A stretch of DNA of 64,000 bases, taken from the IMG/VR virus record IMGVR_UViG_3300021431_000088; one strand, written 5' to 3'. The first letter of the stretch is position 1; every line of letters begins with the position of its first letter. A model generated the notes under the pieces. That model saw only the letters and a list, made by a program, of their open reading frames with translations. It was not told the DNA's origin and ran no database searches. This document shows, one piece after another, positions 43,974-55,376 of the stretch. This DNA is from an uncultured virus (IMG/VR IMGVR_UViG_3300021431_000088). Lineage: Duplodnaviria; Heunggongvirae; Uroviricota; Caudoviricetes. The position numbers and the translations under genes were made by a program.

Positions 43974-44248
43974 TCCTCGCTATCCTCCGTTTCATCCTCA
44001 TATTCGTACACATCATGCGCCCACCTGATTTCATCCTCCGCAAACGATTCAGGGGCATCGGGGTCTACGTCATCGGCATTAAGCCATTCATCCCAACTTT
44101 CCCACACAGAACCCCAGTCATCGCAATCCTCCATCGGGTCATCAATGTGGCACACGCCGCACTGATCGCAATAAGGGCAATCACCGTAAGCATTTACAGG
44201 GCAGTAAGTCAGTTCGCCGTTGTACGTTCCTTTTCTTGCGTCTCTCAT
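43970..44248 (-). CDS. Cys-rich acidic protein
   Basis: CP...DCPYCD.C..CH. Confidence 0.7.
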   Translation of the reverse strand: MRDARKGTYNGELTYCPVNAYGDCPYCDQCGVCHIDDPMEDCDDWGSVWESWDEWLNADDVDPDAPESFAEDEIRWAHDVYEYEDETEDSEE

Positions 44249-44259
44249 GCGTTTTCACC

Positions 44260-44481
44260 TCAATCATCCAGAACAGTCTTTTCGATGTAGTACAGATCCA
44301 CCCTATTCATGTGCGGTTCCTTAACCGACAGGCGCCAACCGACTTCCTCTTCGGACATAGCACCTATCTCATACCCGCTGCAGACATACCACAGCGCCAT
44401 CATGGCCTTGTCGAAAGTAGTATAGACGCCAATCAGCGCATTGTCGTTGCTTTCCTCAGTCAGCACATACACAGTATTCAT
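44260..44481 (-). CDS. hypothetical protein
   Basis: Promoter plus GAAAGGA RBS. Confidence 0.7.
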   Translation of the reverse strand: MNTVYVLTEESNDNALIGVYTTFDKAMMALWYVCSGYEIGAMSEEEVGWRLSVKEPHMNRVDLYYIEKTVLDD

Positions 44482-44774
44482 TCTCTTACTTCCTTTCTGT
44501 TCCTCTTGAACAAGTTCATTATATCACAATTTTAACTCGTTGTCAACCCCTTAGAAAAGAAATCTTACAATCGGACGCTTTTCCTTGGGATACTTCAAGA
44601 CGATAAGCCGCAACCAAATGGCTTTGTGGAACGGAAGATACCTAACGGTTTGCTGACCCCATTCATTCTGGATATACACATTCATTCGTCATCCCTCACT
44701 TTCAAAAAGAGTATACCACAGCAGAGATGATTTGTCAACCCCTTGCGCGAAAAAAGTTTTCGCGCCGGGCGGTA

Positions 44775-45449
44775 TCACGCCTTAGAGGGGGCGTGATACA
44801 GGACGCGATCGCATTTCGGTTTCTTCATTAGATAGGCAAAGATTTCACTTTCAATTTCGGCATCTTTCAGACCAGTATGCGCCTCCTGAAAGTCATTGTC
44901 CTTAGTGATGTAGCGGTAGATAATTTCTGCGGTATAACGCGGGCGCGGAACCTTGTGCTTCGTCATATAACCATTCTTTTCACAGAAACGCCTATAGGAA
45001 GGCATCTCCTTGAAAGTTTGACGCGCCATCTTGTAAGTGTCCCATACTTCCGTGCCGTAGGGGAAGAAATACTTGATGCGGCCATTGGTCAGCACGCGAA
45101 TCGTATTGTTAAGTGCGTTAATGTCAAATCTGGCATTGTGCGCAACCACAATATGAATGCCCAGTTCCTTCATCTGAGCGCAAATGCGCTCACGGGCCAT
45201 CAGGAAATCCATAACCTCGCGCTCACCATTCCAAATGTCATCTCTGTATTGCGGGAGTTTATCGGCGTAATAAGCGTTTTGCATCGCATCCTTCATACCA
45301 TAGAAAACTTCCGTAATGACGTGGTTGATGGGCTCACCTACTAGATTACCATATCTATCAATTGGACGCGCGCCCACATCATAAGTAAAAGGCGCGCTGA
45401 AACTGCCCGCCGTTTCGACATCTGTCATCATGAACTTCTGCTTTTCCAT
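44775..45449 (-). CDS. DEDDh 3'-5' exonuclease, paralog 1
   Basis: DVET, AHNARFD, DT, EAHTGLKD. Confidence 0.88.
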   Translation of the reverse strand: MEKQKFMMTDVETAGSFSAPFTYDVGARPIDRYGNLVGEPINHVITEVFYGMKDAMQNAYYADKLPQYRDDIWNGEREVMDFLMARERICAQMKELGIHIVVAHNARFDINALNNTIRVLTNGRIKYFFPYGTEVWDTYKMARQTFKEMPSYRRFCEKNGYMTKHKVPRPRYTAEIIYRYITKDNDFQEAHTGLKDAEIESEIFAYLMKKPKCDRVLYHAPSKA

Positions 45450-45759
45450 CGGTTATTACTCCTTTCGGTTTCAAGTGTTTTCCTTCACTTTCTGCGACTA
45501 GTATACCACGAATAATCAGAAATGTCAACCCTATTTGTAAAAAATTTTTTTCAAAGCAGGCCGGCTCGCTTACGCTAGATGGGAGATAATATCTTTTGCT
45601 TCTTCTAATTGTTGATAATAGGGGTCAGATTTTGGCTCTTCAAGATAGGAGTAATCGTTAAGGAAACGTTCTTGCTCTTCGCAAATGAGATTATAAACAA
45701 TCAAAAGGGCAATTTGTTTGGTCATTTTCATTATCCTTTCTATATAGGCGCGAAGTCTA

Positions 45760-46044
45760 TTACAAGTCTTTAGTCAGTTCATCAATTTTTGAATCAACTG
45801 CTTGTTTAATGTATTTTCTCAAAGGCGCAACAAAGGCATTTGGGACTTTTTCATCGGGATAAACGGTTTCAATCAATTGAGCGGCAATCTTGTGAATATG
45901 CTTCTTGTTGAGTTCTAACAGACCCCGAATGGCACTATAGGTAGGAAATGTTTGCTGGCAATATTCCTTTACATACTGCCAAATAGTTTCGTCAGAAAAT
46001 TCCGCATCCCAGACCCGTTCATAGTGAAGTTTCATTTTAGTCAT
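45760..46044 (-). CDS. hypothetical protein
   Basis: Promoter plus GAAAGGAG RBS. Confidence 0.7.
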   Translation of the reverse strand: MTKMKLHYERVWDAEFSDETIWQYVKEYCQQTFPTYSAIRGLLELNKKHIHKIAAQLIETVYPDEKVPNAFVAPLRKYIKQAVDSKIDELTKDL

Positions 46045-46556
46045 CTCCTTTCTGTTCTTCTCTTTCTGGAACAATTACATTATAGCATAAGCGGTGGCAG
46101 TTGTCAAGAGGTTTTGTCAAATAGCGCGCCATTCTCCTGTAATTGTATCTTTAACAAATTCAACGGAAGGTACACAAATATAGTAATCTTCAATGATTTC
46201 GTCCTCATAAAAAGCATTAGGATTGGTTTCAAGAGTGCGGTTAATGAAGGTGATGATTTCTTCGCGGGTCATTTAACTTCTCTCCTTCTCTGGTTTGTAG
46301 TGTTTTCCTTCACTTTCTGCGATTAGTATACCACTAATAGCTAGAAATGTCAACCCCTATTTCGGGATTATTTTTAAAAAAGTGGCCGGCCAGAGTTAGC
46401 CATGACTAACGAAATGAAATAAAAAGACCGCCCGAAGGCGGCGAAAGGAAGGAAGGTTAGATCATGAAAAAGCGGGATCTTGTAATTTGGAACACGTATG
46501 TATCCGCGTCAAGTGCTGAGTATTAAGTCCGATAACACTTTCGGGACTCCCGCGTG

Positions 46557-46629
46557 TGCGCCTACAGGGGATCGAACCCTGAACCCCTTGATTAAGAGTC
46601 AAGTGCTCTACCAGTTGAGCTATAGGCGC
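46557..46629 (-). tRNA. tRNA-Lys(CTT)
   Basis: CTTGA-CTCTTAA-TCAAG. Confidence 0.95.
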
Positions 46630-46756
46630 ATATAGGAGGGCTTATGTTGTTTAACCACGCTGAAAGACCCTCGGAAATCCTCGTGGCTCTTGGCTACGCG
46701 GAGCCCTTACGCGTCAATTAAGGCGAGTCAGTTTTCGCCACCAAGGCCGTGAATGC

Positions 46757-47089
46757 TTACACCTTGCGGGTGTAAGTATTCACCTTGCCCTCGATCTTGT
46801 TGACCTCATCAATCCACAGGCGGGTGATGGCGTACTGAACCTTGCCCTTGGTGAAACCATCGGGCAGATCGCCCTCAATGGCATCGTAAATCTCACCGAT
46901 GGTCAGGGGAGTATCGCACAGCACACCGAACACGATGGGCTTGACCTGCTCATACACATCGGCGTTCGCCTGCTTGCGCACCGCGTCCTTGTTAAGCTCC
47001 GCGGTCAGTTCGGCCTTGATCTCGTCAAGATTGGTGATGGCATTGCCGTTGAGGTAGGAAACGAGAGACTGGATAGTGGACTTACGCAT
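46757..47089 (-). CDS. winged-helix-like protein, paralog 2 of 3
   Basis: Similar to 42777 and 50328. Confidence 0.85.
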   Translation of the reverse strand: MRKSTIQSLVSYLNGNAITNLDEIKAELTAELNKDAVRKQANADVYEQVKPIVFGVLCDTPLTIGEIYDAIEGDLPDGFTKGKVQYAITRLWIDEVNKIEGKVNTYTRKV

Positions 47090-47442
47090 GGTGATTTTCC
47101 TTTCTGGTTTGGGGAGTTTTCCTTCTCCTTTTTACGTTTTCATTATACCACGGATTTTGTCTTTTGTCAAGTCCTTTTCAGAACTTTTTTCAAACTTTTT
47201 TCCTTGGGGACTTGCAAGTGAGGTTTGCTATGCACAGCGGCTCTGTAGCACTTCTTCCGTAATGTATCGAAGAAGTCGGGCTGGGTTCTTTTCCTCTCCC
47301 CTCGGAACAATTATAGTATACCACAAATTTGGAAAAAGTCAAGTGGTTTCGGGAAAAAACTTTAAGTTTTTTTCGAACTTTGAAAATGTATAATTATGAA
47401 ATGAAATTGTATAATTATGCGCTGGCCGGCCCGCGCCTGCTC

Positions 47443-48012
47443 TCACGCGGAGAGCAGGATGGAGGAATAGGAATAGGCATGGAAGGAAGGGGACTTAATA
47501 GCCCACTTGCCATAGCAAGCATAGTCAATGATGACCATGTGCCCGTGAAGGAAACCAAAGTTGCCGCCATGTAAGTCAGCAAGGCCGCAATCCTCGCACC
47601 AATCGCGCTCATCTTCGGTCATAAAATCCCACGCATCCTCGGCGCGATCTTCATCAATATCCTCAACGCGCGGCATAATGTAGTAGATACGGCCATTATA
47701 CTCATAACGAGTGATTTCTGCGAACAGATGCGCCATGCCCATACTTGCCGCACGCTTGTAAAGCTCGATTTCCTTTTCACACCCGCCGAAACGGTCGATA
47801 CCATACTTATTATAGTCAATTTTAATGACATAATCAGAGGTAATCAGAGCCACGCGCGTGTACCCGTGAGTACAATGGATATTTCGATAGGGGTGGTCTT
47901 TCAGGAAGCGGCGGGTGGCCTTCTCAAAGTCATATTCCTCATGGCACGAAATGAAATACGGCGCAATCAGATGAACGAATTGCTGGGCGCGGGCGACATA
48001 GTTGCTCTTCAT
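47443..48012 (-). CDS. protein-kinase-like fold protein, paralog 1
   Basis: G.TR, VIK, E..LY, DLH.GN.G, IIDY. Confidence 0.8.
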   Translation of the reverse strand: MKSNYVARAQQFVHLIAPYFISCHEEYDFEKATRRFLKDHPYRNIHCTHGYTRVALITSDYVIKIDYNKYGIDRFGGCEKEIELYKRAASMGMAHLFAEITRYEYNGRIYYIMPRVEDIDEDRAEDAWDFMTEDERDWCEDCGLADLHGGNFGFLHGHMVIIDYACYGKWAIKSPSFHAYSYSSILLSA

Positions 48013-48106
48013 TGGGCATCCTTCCTTTCTTGACATTAGTATATCACTTAATATGACAGTTGTCAACCCCTTTTTAGAAAAAAGTTTGGGCCGGCGCGAT
48101 GGGCGC

Positions 48107-48763
48107 TTAAGCACCCATACGCTCCAAACATTTCAGAAAGATTTCCTTTTCGATCATCACATCCTCAAGTCCCATATGCTTTTCCTCAAAGTTCATATCA
48201 CCAGTAATGTAGCGGTAGAGCACTTCGGCAGTCATACGAGGGCGCGGCTTAGAATGATTAGTCATAAAGCCATTGGCCTTACACCACGCAATGTACTGCG
48301 GGTCTTTTCCAAAAACTTCCTGCGCCATCTTCATGGTATCAATGATCTTCATGCCCCACGGCAGGAAGTAGCGCACCTTGCTTTTGGTCTGATACCGCAT
48401 AGTGGCGTTAAGGGTATTCACATCAAAGAAGGCATTATGCGCAACAATTCCCTCCACATCGTACTTGCGGCACAGTTCATGGAAAATCTTGTACATCTGC
48501 CAAGTATTTACAATCTTGCGCCGCCCCATCCGCATATCTTCCAAATATTGCGGAATCTTATCCGCGTAATAGGCTTCTTTCATGGAATCGGGCATCCGAA
48601 AAAATACATCCTCATTGATAAGGCTCATGGCCTCATACACCTTGCCAGTCTCATCGACCACCGCCAAACCCAACTCATAGTTTTGACCATTTTTTACATC
48701 CAGTTGGCCATTGACCTTCGGGGTCTCGGCGGTCTCACCGTCAAGGAACAGATACTTAGACAT
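48107..48763 (-). CDS. DEDDh 3'-5' exonuclease, paralog 2
   Basis: DGET, AHNAFFD, EKHMGLED; PRPR.TAE..YRYIT shared with 44775. Confidence 0.88.
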   Translation of the reverse strand: MSKYLFLDGETAETPKVNGQLDVKNGQNYELGLAVVDETGKVYEAMSLINEDVFFRMPDSMKEAYYADKIPQYLEDMRMGRRKIVNTWQMYKIFHELCRKYDVEGIVAHNAFFDVNTLNATMRYQTKSKVRYFLPWGMKIIDTMKMAQEVFGKDPQYIAWCKANGFMTNHSKPRPRMTAEVLYRYITGDMNFEEKHMGLEDVMIEKEIFLKCLERMGA

Positions 48764-48919
48764 TGGAATTGCCTTTCTGGTTTGCGTTGTTTTCCTTCAA
48801 CTTTCATATATCATTATACTCATTTTTTAGAAAATGTCAAGGGGTATTTTAGGATTTTTGGGCCGGCGCGCTTTCCTATACTAAAGCGCGAAAGTGAAAA
48901 ATGAAATTGAAGGAAGGCA

Positions 48920-49324
48920 TTAGCCTTCCTTCAACGGGATCTTTTTCAGTTCTTTCAAACCCTTGTTAGCTTCGGCAAGCGCCGCCTTCTCGGCGCGTTT
49001 CTTCTCATCCTTCGCAATCTTCGCCTGTTTCTTCGCTTCAACGGCGGCCTTCTTCGCCGCACGATCACGCAGGGTCAGCGCGAAATCCTCTGCCACCGCG
49101 TAGCCATCGTAGGGAGTGTAGCCACCCGCACCGTTGCGAGTACCGCGCGGAATACTCACCTTAATGACCACCCATGCTTCGTTGCCATCGGCATCCAGAC
49201 AAGGGATAGCCACCTCGGACGCGCTCACGGCAAGCGCATCAGTCTCCACCTTCTCACTAATCATGTCGCGAATCATGTCGAGATAGGTGTTGCGCAGTTG
49301 ATTTTCCAGATTAGCCTTGCTCAT
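48920..49324 (-). CDS. hypothetical protein with Lys/Ala-rich tail
   Basis: GAAGGAG RBS; related to 42073. Confidence 0.8.
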   Translation of the reverse strand: MSKANLENQLRNTYLDMIRDMISEKVETDALAVSASEVAIPCLDADGNEAWVVIKVSIPRGTRNGAGGYTPYDGYAVAEDFALTLRDRAAKKAAVEAKKQAKIAKDEKKRAEKAALAEANKGLKELKKIPLKEG

Positions 49325-49691
49325 TAGCAATCGCTCCTTCCTTTACTTTCGTAGTCATTATATCACACTTGCTTGCCGTTGTCAAGGGGTCTTTGAAAGT
49401 TTTTTTTGGCAGTCAAGTTGTTGACTTCCTCAACTTTCAATTATATTATATCATGAAATTGAAAAATTGTCAAGTATTTTTCTTTGATAATTTTTTCACA
49501 ATTTGCGGCCGGCGCGCACGCCTGACATCAGTCAGGCGCGATGAATCCTACATAGAGCAGAGGATACTTAGCATCGGTAAGTTTTTCATCCTTGACATAG
49601 AAGTCCAAACCAACCTCGCGTGCGGTGGCAATGAGTTCTTCCAGAGCACCATTGAAATCTTCCTCAGTCCAAAGAGCCTTGAAATCCATTA

Positions 49692-50147
49692 TTATTCTCC
49701 TCTCCTACCAGTTAGGTATTTCAGTACCTTAATCATATCCTGCGGGTCATACGCATGACCGAGCCAGTTATCACGATTTGCTTCCTCGTCATCGAACAGA
49801 ATATCATCTTCATCCTTCATCACGATGCTTTTCGGCGTACCGTATCTCATGATATACACGCTATCCCAGCTAACGCTGTGAAGGTGCTTTTCCAGCCAAG
49901 CCAGCTTCGCCTGTTTGACAGCTCGATTGTAGCTTGCCGAGCCGCCCTTAGAAGTCCAGCTCACAATGCCGAGCTTGTAACCCAGCCGCTGTGCCTGATT
50001 CATCAGCTTTGCCAGCTGGCTCATGTTCCACATGACTGCGGCCTCCGCATACGGGGACGCATCTTCTGCGCGCAGTTTGGGGAGCCAGTTTTCAACCTCG
50101 TACAGATTGGCAATCGTGCCATCCATGTCCCACCAAATCGTTCTCAT
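49692..50147 (-). CDS. HAD-superfamily (5'-nucleotidase-like) hydrolase
   Basis: DMDGT, S.T, K, LFDD. Confidence 0.85.
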   Translation of the reverse strand: MRTIWWDMDGTIANLYEVENWLPKLRAEDASPYAEAAVMWNMSQLAKLMNQAQRLGYKLGIVSWTSKGGSASYNRAVKQAKLAWLEKHLHSVSWDSVYIMRYGTPKSIVMKDEDDILFDDEEANRDNWLGHAYDPQDMIKVLKYLTGRRGE

Positions 50148-50327
50148 TCCTTCGGACTTCCTTTCCTCTTTTCTGATAAGAGTATACCACGAAATTATAC
50201 ATTTGTCAACCCCTTAGACGAAATAATTTTTCAAGTTATGGGAAATTAACCTTGGCGGCCGGCCAGGGTTAGCGGTGCCTAACTGAAAACAAAATTAAAG
50301 GGCAGGGTTTCCCCTGCCCTTCAGGCA

Positions 50328-50663
50328 TTACGCCTTGCGGTAGGTATTGACCTTACCCTCGACGCGGGCAATCTCGTTAGTCCACAGCCGCGTCACCGCA
50401 TACTGGAGCTTGCCCTTCGTGAAACCATCGGGGAGCTTGTCCTCAACAGCCTCGAACAGCTCGCCAATCGTGACCGCCTGCTCAGCGGCATCCAGCTCGG
50501 ACAGAACCAGCTCCTTCACGCTGTCGTACAGCTCGCGGTTCGCCGCGGCCTTAGCCGCGCCCTTGTCCAGCTCGGCGACCAGCTCGTCACGAACATCGAA
50601 CAGCTCGGAAACAGCGTTGTCGTTGATGTAGTTGATGATGGTGTTCATGGTGCTCTTCTTCAT
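50328..50663 (-). CDS. winged-helix-like protein, paralog 3 of 3
   Basis: Similar to 42777 and 46757. Confidence 0.85.
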   Translation of the reverse strand: MKKSTMNTIINYINDNAVSELFDVRDELVAELDKGAAKAAANRELYDSVKELVLSELDAAEQAVTIGELFEAVEDKLPDGFTKGKLQYAVTRLWTNEIARVEGKVNTYRKA

Positions 50664-51830
50664 GGGTCAATTTCCTTTCTGGTTTGTAGGGTTTTCCTTC
50701 CCTTCATCTTACGTTGTTAGTATACCACTTTTTTATTCAGTTGTCAAGTGTTTTTGAAAACTTTTTTTTCGTTTGGCGGTCAAGCCTTATGCGCATCTTA
50801 GGTGTTAGGGGAACGAATCCCTTGACCGTCATTCTTTAAGGAGGCCGTTCGCTCACTCCTTACATTTTGTATTATACTCAGTTTCGGGAAAAAGTCAATA
50901 GGTTTTTGAAAAGTTTTTTGAAGTTTTTTTGAAAATGTAATTTAGCGCTTTAACATGGTAAAGTGCTGGCCGGCCAGAATATAATAGGCCGGCAGAAAAA
51001 TCTGGCCGGCTAAAAAAAGACGCGCGATCACTCGCGCGCCTTATAACTTTCTTCAAGTGCTCGACAACCATTCCATATGTTAACGGCACGTTGTACTCGT
51101 GTATAGTCCCTACGCCCGTATGTATCGCATACGGCATAGAATGTGTATGTAGACATGTGCTTACAATGACGACAAAGGAAAACAATTAGGCGATTAAGCA
51201 TAGCGCCTCCTTAGCAGTCATAGGTATACCCGCCAGAATACGGGTCGAATCCCATTTCCAATTCGTCATCATTGTAGTCATAGTAGTCATAGTCATTGTC
51301 GTACTCTTCGTCCCAAGCCTCATCATCAAAGTAGATGTAATCCTCATTCATTATCCATTCCTCCTTTTATCGCACGGTTGATTCTTTTCCGAGCTTGCCG
51401 TTGTAGCTTCTTTTTCAGCCTACGGTTCGCGGGAGAAGCAGTGTTTATCCAGCGGCGGCAGCCCGCATTCAAGTCCCAAGCTGCCAGCTCGTCGCAGCGT
51501 TTATACCCAGCTCGCATCGCCATTGTCTTACCTCCTTAATGCCGAAAGTAGTTCTCACGCCAGTAAAGGATGACCTCTATCATCAGGAACGTTGCCAGAA
51601 GCACCCAACCAATAATATCAAGCATAACGTGCTTTCCTTTCTGCCCAATCGGGCAAGCCCATTATATCACATTCGGAAAGGGGTGTCAAGAGGGTTCCAG
51701 TATTTTTTGCGATCCTTGCGCCCTCTTGACATAATCATTATAGCGCATATATGATAGAATGTCAAGTGCTTTCCAAAACTTTTTTGGTGATGGCTGGCCG
51801 GCCAGAATGAGCCGGTCCAAGGTGGGCCGA

Positions 51831-52109
51831 TTACTCGGCCCACTCCTTCACCTCACCCGTGTAGATGTTCATGTCCATGTTGTCGCACAGCAACGTTTTC
51901 AAGGTCTGATACGTCGTGCCGATGGCGCGGGCGAACCACCCAAGGTGCTTGATAGTCGTGCGCGAATACAGGCCATTCACATGAACCCATCCGCTCGCGC
52001 TCACGGTCGCCACAATCGTATTGTAGGACTGAAGGGCGAAAGAGCCATCATTGTAGTAGTTGAGACACGCCTGCGCCTGCTTGTGATTGTCGAACTTTTT
52101 GCTATACAT
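51831..52109 (-). CDS. hypothetical phage protein (LQSY.T.VA...YS.TT.KH family)
   Basis: Promoter plus RBS; motif common in small early phage proteins. Confidence 0.75.
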   Translation of the reverse strand: MYSKKFDNHKQAQACLNYYNDGSFALQSYNTIVATVSASGWVHVNGLYSRTTIKHLGWFARAIGTTYQTLKTLLCDNMDMNIYTGEVKEWAE

Positions 52110-52452
52110 TTCCTTTTCCCCTTTCTTTTTATTCCCTTCCTTGGGAACGATCTTATTATATAGCATAATGGCGGAAATGTCAAGGGGTATTTGAAAACTT
52201 TTTTTGGCCGGCCGAATCACTACCGCATGTAGTGTACCGCGCCGATTTGAAGCGCAAGCCCCAGGAAGGTGGGGATGCTCGCCCATGCGGCAACAAACAT
52301 AATCCAGACAGCCATAGACATGAACGTCATGATGATACCCGCAAGACCGATCTTCTCCCACATAGGGCCATCCCCTTTCTTTACTATAAATATTGTAATA
52401 CATTTTTAACAGAAAGTCAATACTTTGGGAAAAATAAAAATTGCGTGGGCTA

Positions 52453-52956
52453 TTATGCCCACGCATAGTCGATCACGCACACCTTACCATTACGATAGCC
52501 CACGTTGCCCTCGTGAAGGTCGCCGATGGTATTACACAGCCAGTGCTCTTCGTCATCCGTACAGTAGTTCCACCAGCACCGATCATAGTCATTAACATGG
52601 TTAATGCGCGGCATAATGGAAACGTGGCGGCCATTGATTTCCACAACGGTAGTTTTTGCCAGCAGGTATTCCATGCCATCAGCAACGGCCATCTTATAGA
52701 CATCTTCTTCCGTGCTGTTATTGCCCGCGCGGCCATCTTCCCAGCCCTGTTCGGGCGTCATGTCAAACTTGATAACATAATCAGCGCGAATGACAGCAAA
52801 GCGGGAAACGCCGTGAGCATAGGCAACTTTGCGGCTGTGCGTCATGTTGTAGTATTCCATGGCGCAGGTAAAATCTTCCCATGTCTCACAGTCGCGGAAC
52901 AAACGAGACAGATACAGCGCGAACTTGTAGCCGCGATTCTCATAGCTTGCCTTCAT
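52453..52956 (-). CDS. protein-kinase-like fold protein, paralog 2
   Basis: GVSR, DYVIK, DLHEGNVG, VIDYA. Confidence 0.8.
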   Translation of the reverse strand: MKASYENRGYKFALYLSRLFRDCETWEDFTCAMEYYNMTHSRKVAYAHGVSRFAVIRADYVIKFDMTPEQGWEDGRAGNNSTEEDVYKMAVADGMEYLLAKTTVVEINGRHVSIMPRINHVNDYDRCWWNYCTDDEEHWLCNTIGDLHEGNVGYRNGKVCVIDYAWA

Positions 52957-53199
52957 TGCGTTTCCCTTCCTTTCGTGATAGAGTATATCACATAGTCGGC
53001 GACTTGTCAAGCCTTATTTTTTCAATTCCGTCCAAATCATCCCACAAAAGTAGGCCACCCAAAAGATCCCCAAAATCACATTCATGCCTTGACTACCTCC
53101 TTTCTACGGTTCCATTATAACGCCAATGCGGGCAAATGTCAAGGGGTATTTTTTGATAATGTTTTCACAAAGTTTTGGCCGGCTGAAAAGGGAAGACCC

Positions 53200-53646
53200 T
53201 CACGCCATCCGCATGAGGGTCTTTTCGTTCGTGAGCTCTGCGCCGTCGAACTTGATCTGAATCTGCTCACCGTTCAGCTCAATGTCGCCAGCTACGTTGA
53301 AGGGAACCGAATCCTTCACCCAGGTCTGATGGGCAACCTGTTCGGTGATGATCTTCTCGAACCGCTCACCCCGGTTGTACTTGTCATCGGTGTCCAGCAT
53401 TTCCGCCGCGCCCAGCGCGATAGCCGCGCCGCTCTTGACCAGCTCTTTCCGATCGGCGGCCGCCAGCTTTACGCGGATCTTGGCCCAGCCGCCGCGCTTG
53501 GAGCTCATGCGGTCGAGCTTGAGGAAGGTGTCGGCAATGTGGTTGCTCATCGTGTAGTAAAGGATGCCGTTGAGGATAAAGCCGATAATGTAGGCGGTGG
53601 CGGCGGACAGGCTGTTGTAGCGGTCAATCATTTCGTTGCGGGTCAT
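53200..53646 (-). CDS. putative PD-(D/E)XK-like nuclease-fold protein, paralog 1 of 3
   Basis: NRGERFE...AGDI...IQIK. Confidence 0.75.
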   Translation of the reverse strand: MTRNEMIDRYNSLSAATAYIIGFILNGILYYTMSNHIADTFLKLDRMSSKRGGWAKIRVKLAAADRKELVKSGAAIALGAAEMLDTDDKYNRGERFEKIITEQVAHQTWVKDSVPFNVAGDIELNGEQIQIKFDGAELTNEKTLMRMA

Positions 53647-53865
53647 CTTTGGGTTCCTCCCTTTCCTTTGATGGTTAGAGTATATCACTTCCCGGTCTGT
53701 TTGTCAACCCCCTTTTCGGGATTTTTTGAAAAAAAGATTTTTTTATTTTACCCCTTGACAACTTGAAATTGATGTGGCAATATACGGATGGTGGAGGAGG
53801 GCCTGCCCCATAGGGGCCCGGGCCGGCTACTGGCCGGCCAGATCGTAGTTAGTTGAGACTAACAG

Positions 53866-53916
53866 AAAAAATGGGCATCCCCGCCGTGGGTCCGAGTTCA
53901 CTCTGTCCCTCATCTA
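53866..53916 (-). ncRNA. small RNA family B, copy 1
   Basis: Own TTGACA/TATAAT promoter, no ORF; AGAT..GGACCCACGGCG..TGCCCATTTTT. Confidence 0.55.
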
Positions 53917-54018
53917 AGTTTATTATACGCGCGCCGGCCGAAATGTCAACCCCCTAAATGAAAAAAATTATTTTTCAAAAAGGGTTGACATATGAGAGGG
54001 GAAGTGGTAGTATATCAT

Positions 54019-54091
54019 CAGTGAGAGAGAGTAGCAACTCTTGAAGGGCGCTCAACAGAGCCAGAGGTGGCCCACCACAAAAAACCGCTAC
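54019..54091 (+). ncRNA. small pseudoknotted RNA family A, copy 1
   Basis: Promoter TTGACA-17-TAGTAT; covarying helices with copy at 59860. Confidence 0.65.
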
Positions 54092-54175
54092 ATTTTTTTA
54101 GGAAAGCACTTGACAGAATAGTCAAGTTGTGGTAATATAATAATGTCGGGGAGGATCCCCGAAAGAAGGAGGAAA

Positions 54176-54382
54176 ATGGTAATGGAAAAGAATGTGGTTC
54201 GCGGTCGTGGGATTGGTTTTTGTGGTCTGCTGACCATCGCCTTCATCGTGCTGAAACTGTGTGGCGTGATCGCGTGGTCGTGGTGGGCGGTGCTGTCGCC
54301 GATGCTGATTTCTATCGGGCTGACGTTCGTGCTGATGCTGGTTGTGCTGGTGATTGCGCTGATTAAGACCCTGAATGATTAA
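54176..54382 (+). CDS. small membrane protein (FIVLKL.GVI.WSWW.VL.P family)
   Basis: Two or three hydrophobic helices; GGAGG RBS; terminator follows. Confidence 0.8.
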   Translation: MVMEKNVVRGRGIGFCGLLTIAFIVLKLCGVIAWSWWAVLSPMLISIGLTFVLMLVVLVIALIKTLND

Positions 54383-54565
54383 AGGAAAAGCGGAGCAAAA
54401 TGCTCCGCTTTTCTGTTTCGGGATTACTTGTTATTTAGTTATAACTAACTGCGAAATAGCCGGCATGAAATGAAATTATTTTTCCGGGACGCTTGACAAA
54501 CGGAACGTTATGCTATATAATAAAGACACAAAGGAAGAGGGTAAACCCTCAAAGGAGGAAGGATC

Positions 54566-54760
54566 ATGGTAGAGTTCGGAAAGATGTGGACGATCACCAC
54601 GGCGGAGGATCTCATGGACGCGCTGGATACGCTGGATCGGCAGGAGTTCATCGCGGAGATGAGCGATGATTTTAGCTGCTGGCGGCGCGAGAAGGACGAG
54701 GTTGCGCGCCAGCGGCGTCAGGTGATGACAATGGCAAGGGATCGCGGCCTCATCCCGTGA
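54566..54760 (+). CDS. hypothetical protein (MVEFGKMW family), copy 1
   Basis: Paralog of 62150-62341. Confidence 0.8.
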   Translation: MVEFGKMWTITTAEDLMDALDTLDRQEFIAEMSDDFSCWRREKDEVARQRRQVMTMARDRGLIP

Positions 54761-54840
54761 TCCCTATAAAAAAAGTTTGGGAAGGGGCTTGACTTTTTAC
54801 CCGGCTTGCGATATAATAAGACCATCAAAGGGGGTGAGAC

Positions 54841-55038
54841 ATGGGGATGATGTTCAAGGGCGAAATCGCCAACGAGTATGGCGAGGTGATCGGCCGCTAC
54901 TGGTTCGAGATCTCCGCTGGCTCGTATGTCCTTCGGCTCTACGGTGTAAACCGCTACGGCTACACCGCCGAGGGCATCCGGCGCTGGTGCCTCGATAATG
55001 GGGCACAGTGGTGGGAGTCTGACTCCTGCGCACGGTGA
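54841..55038 (+). CDS. hypothetical protein
   Basis: Own promoter and RBS. Confidence 0.7.
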   Translation: MGMMFKGEIANEYGEVIGRYWFEISAGSYVLRLYGVNRYGYTAEGIRRWCLDNGAQWWESDSCAR

Positions 55039-55254
55039 GAATCCCTTGCTCCGAGGAACAAATCGGAGCCATTTTTTTGCCTTTTAATAGTAAAGTCCTG
55101 CCACTTGGGCGGGCGTTTTCTTATGCGCAAAAATAGTTAGTTAGTCATAACTAACTGCTGGCCGGTCTGTTTTGAGAATCTGGGCCGGCCAATTAGGGAG
55201 TTAGTCATAACTACATAACAAAATGAAATTGCGCATAAAAAAAGAGGGAAGATC

Positions 55255-55376
55255 CCTCTCTGTACAAGCCTCGCGCTTTTATTTGCTCCTTTGTGCCCCT
55301 GTGTGTCTAGTCGTGTTCGCTTGCGCTACTGGGACGAGGGCGGCGGGTGTTGCTGGCTTGTAGGCTCTCACCCTGT
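55255..55376 (-). ncRNA. putative ~120-nt RNA
   Basis: TTGACA promoter, no credible ORF, closing stem TACAAGCC/GGCTTGTA, terminator follows. Confidence 0.5.
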
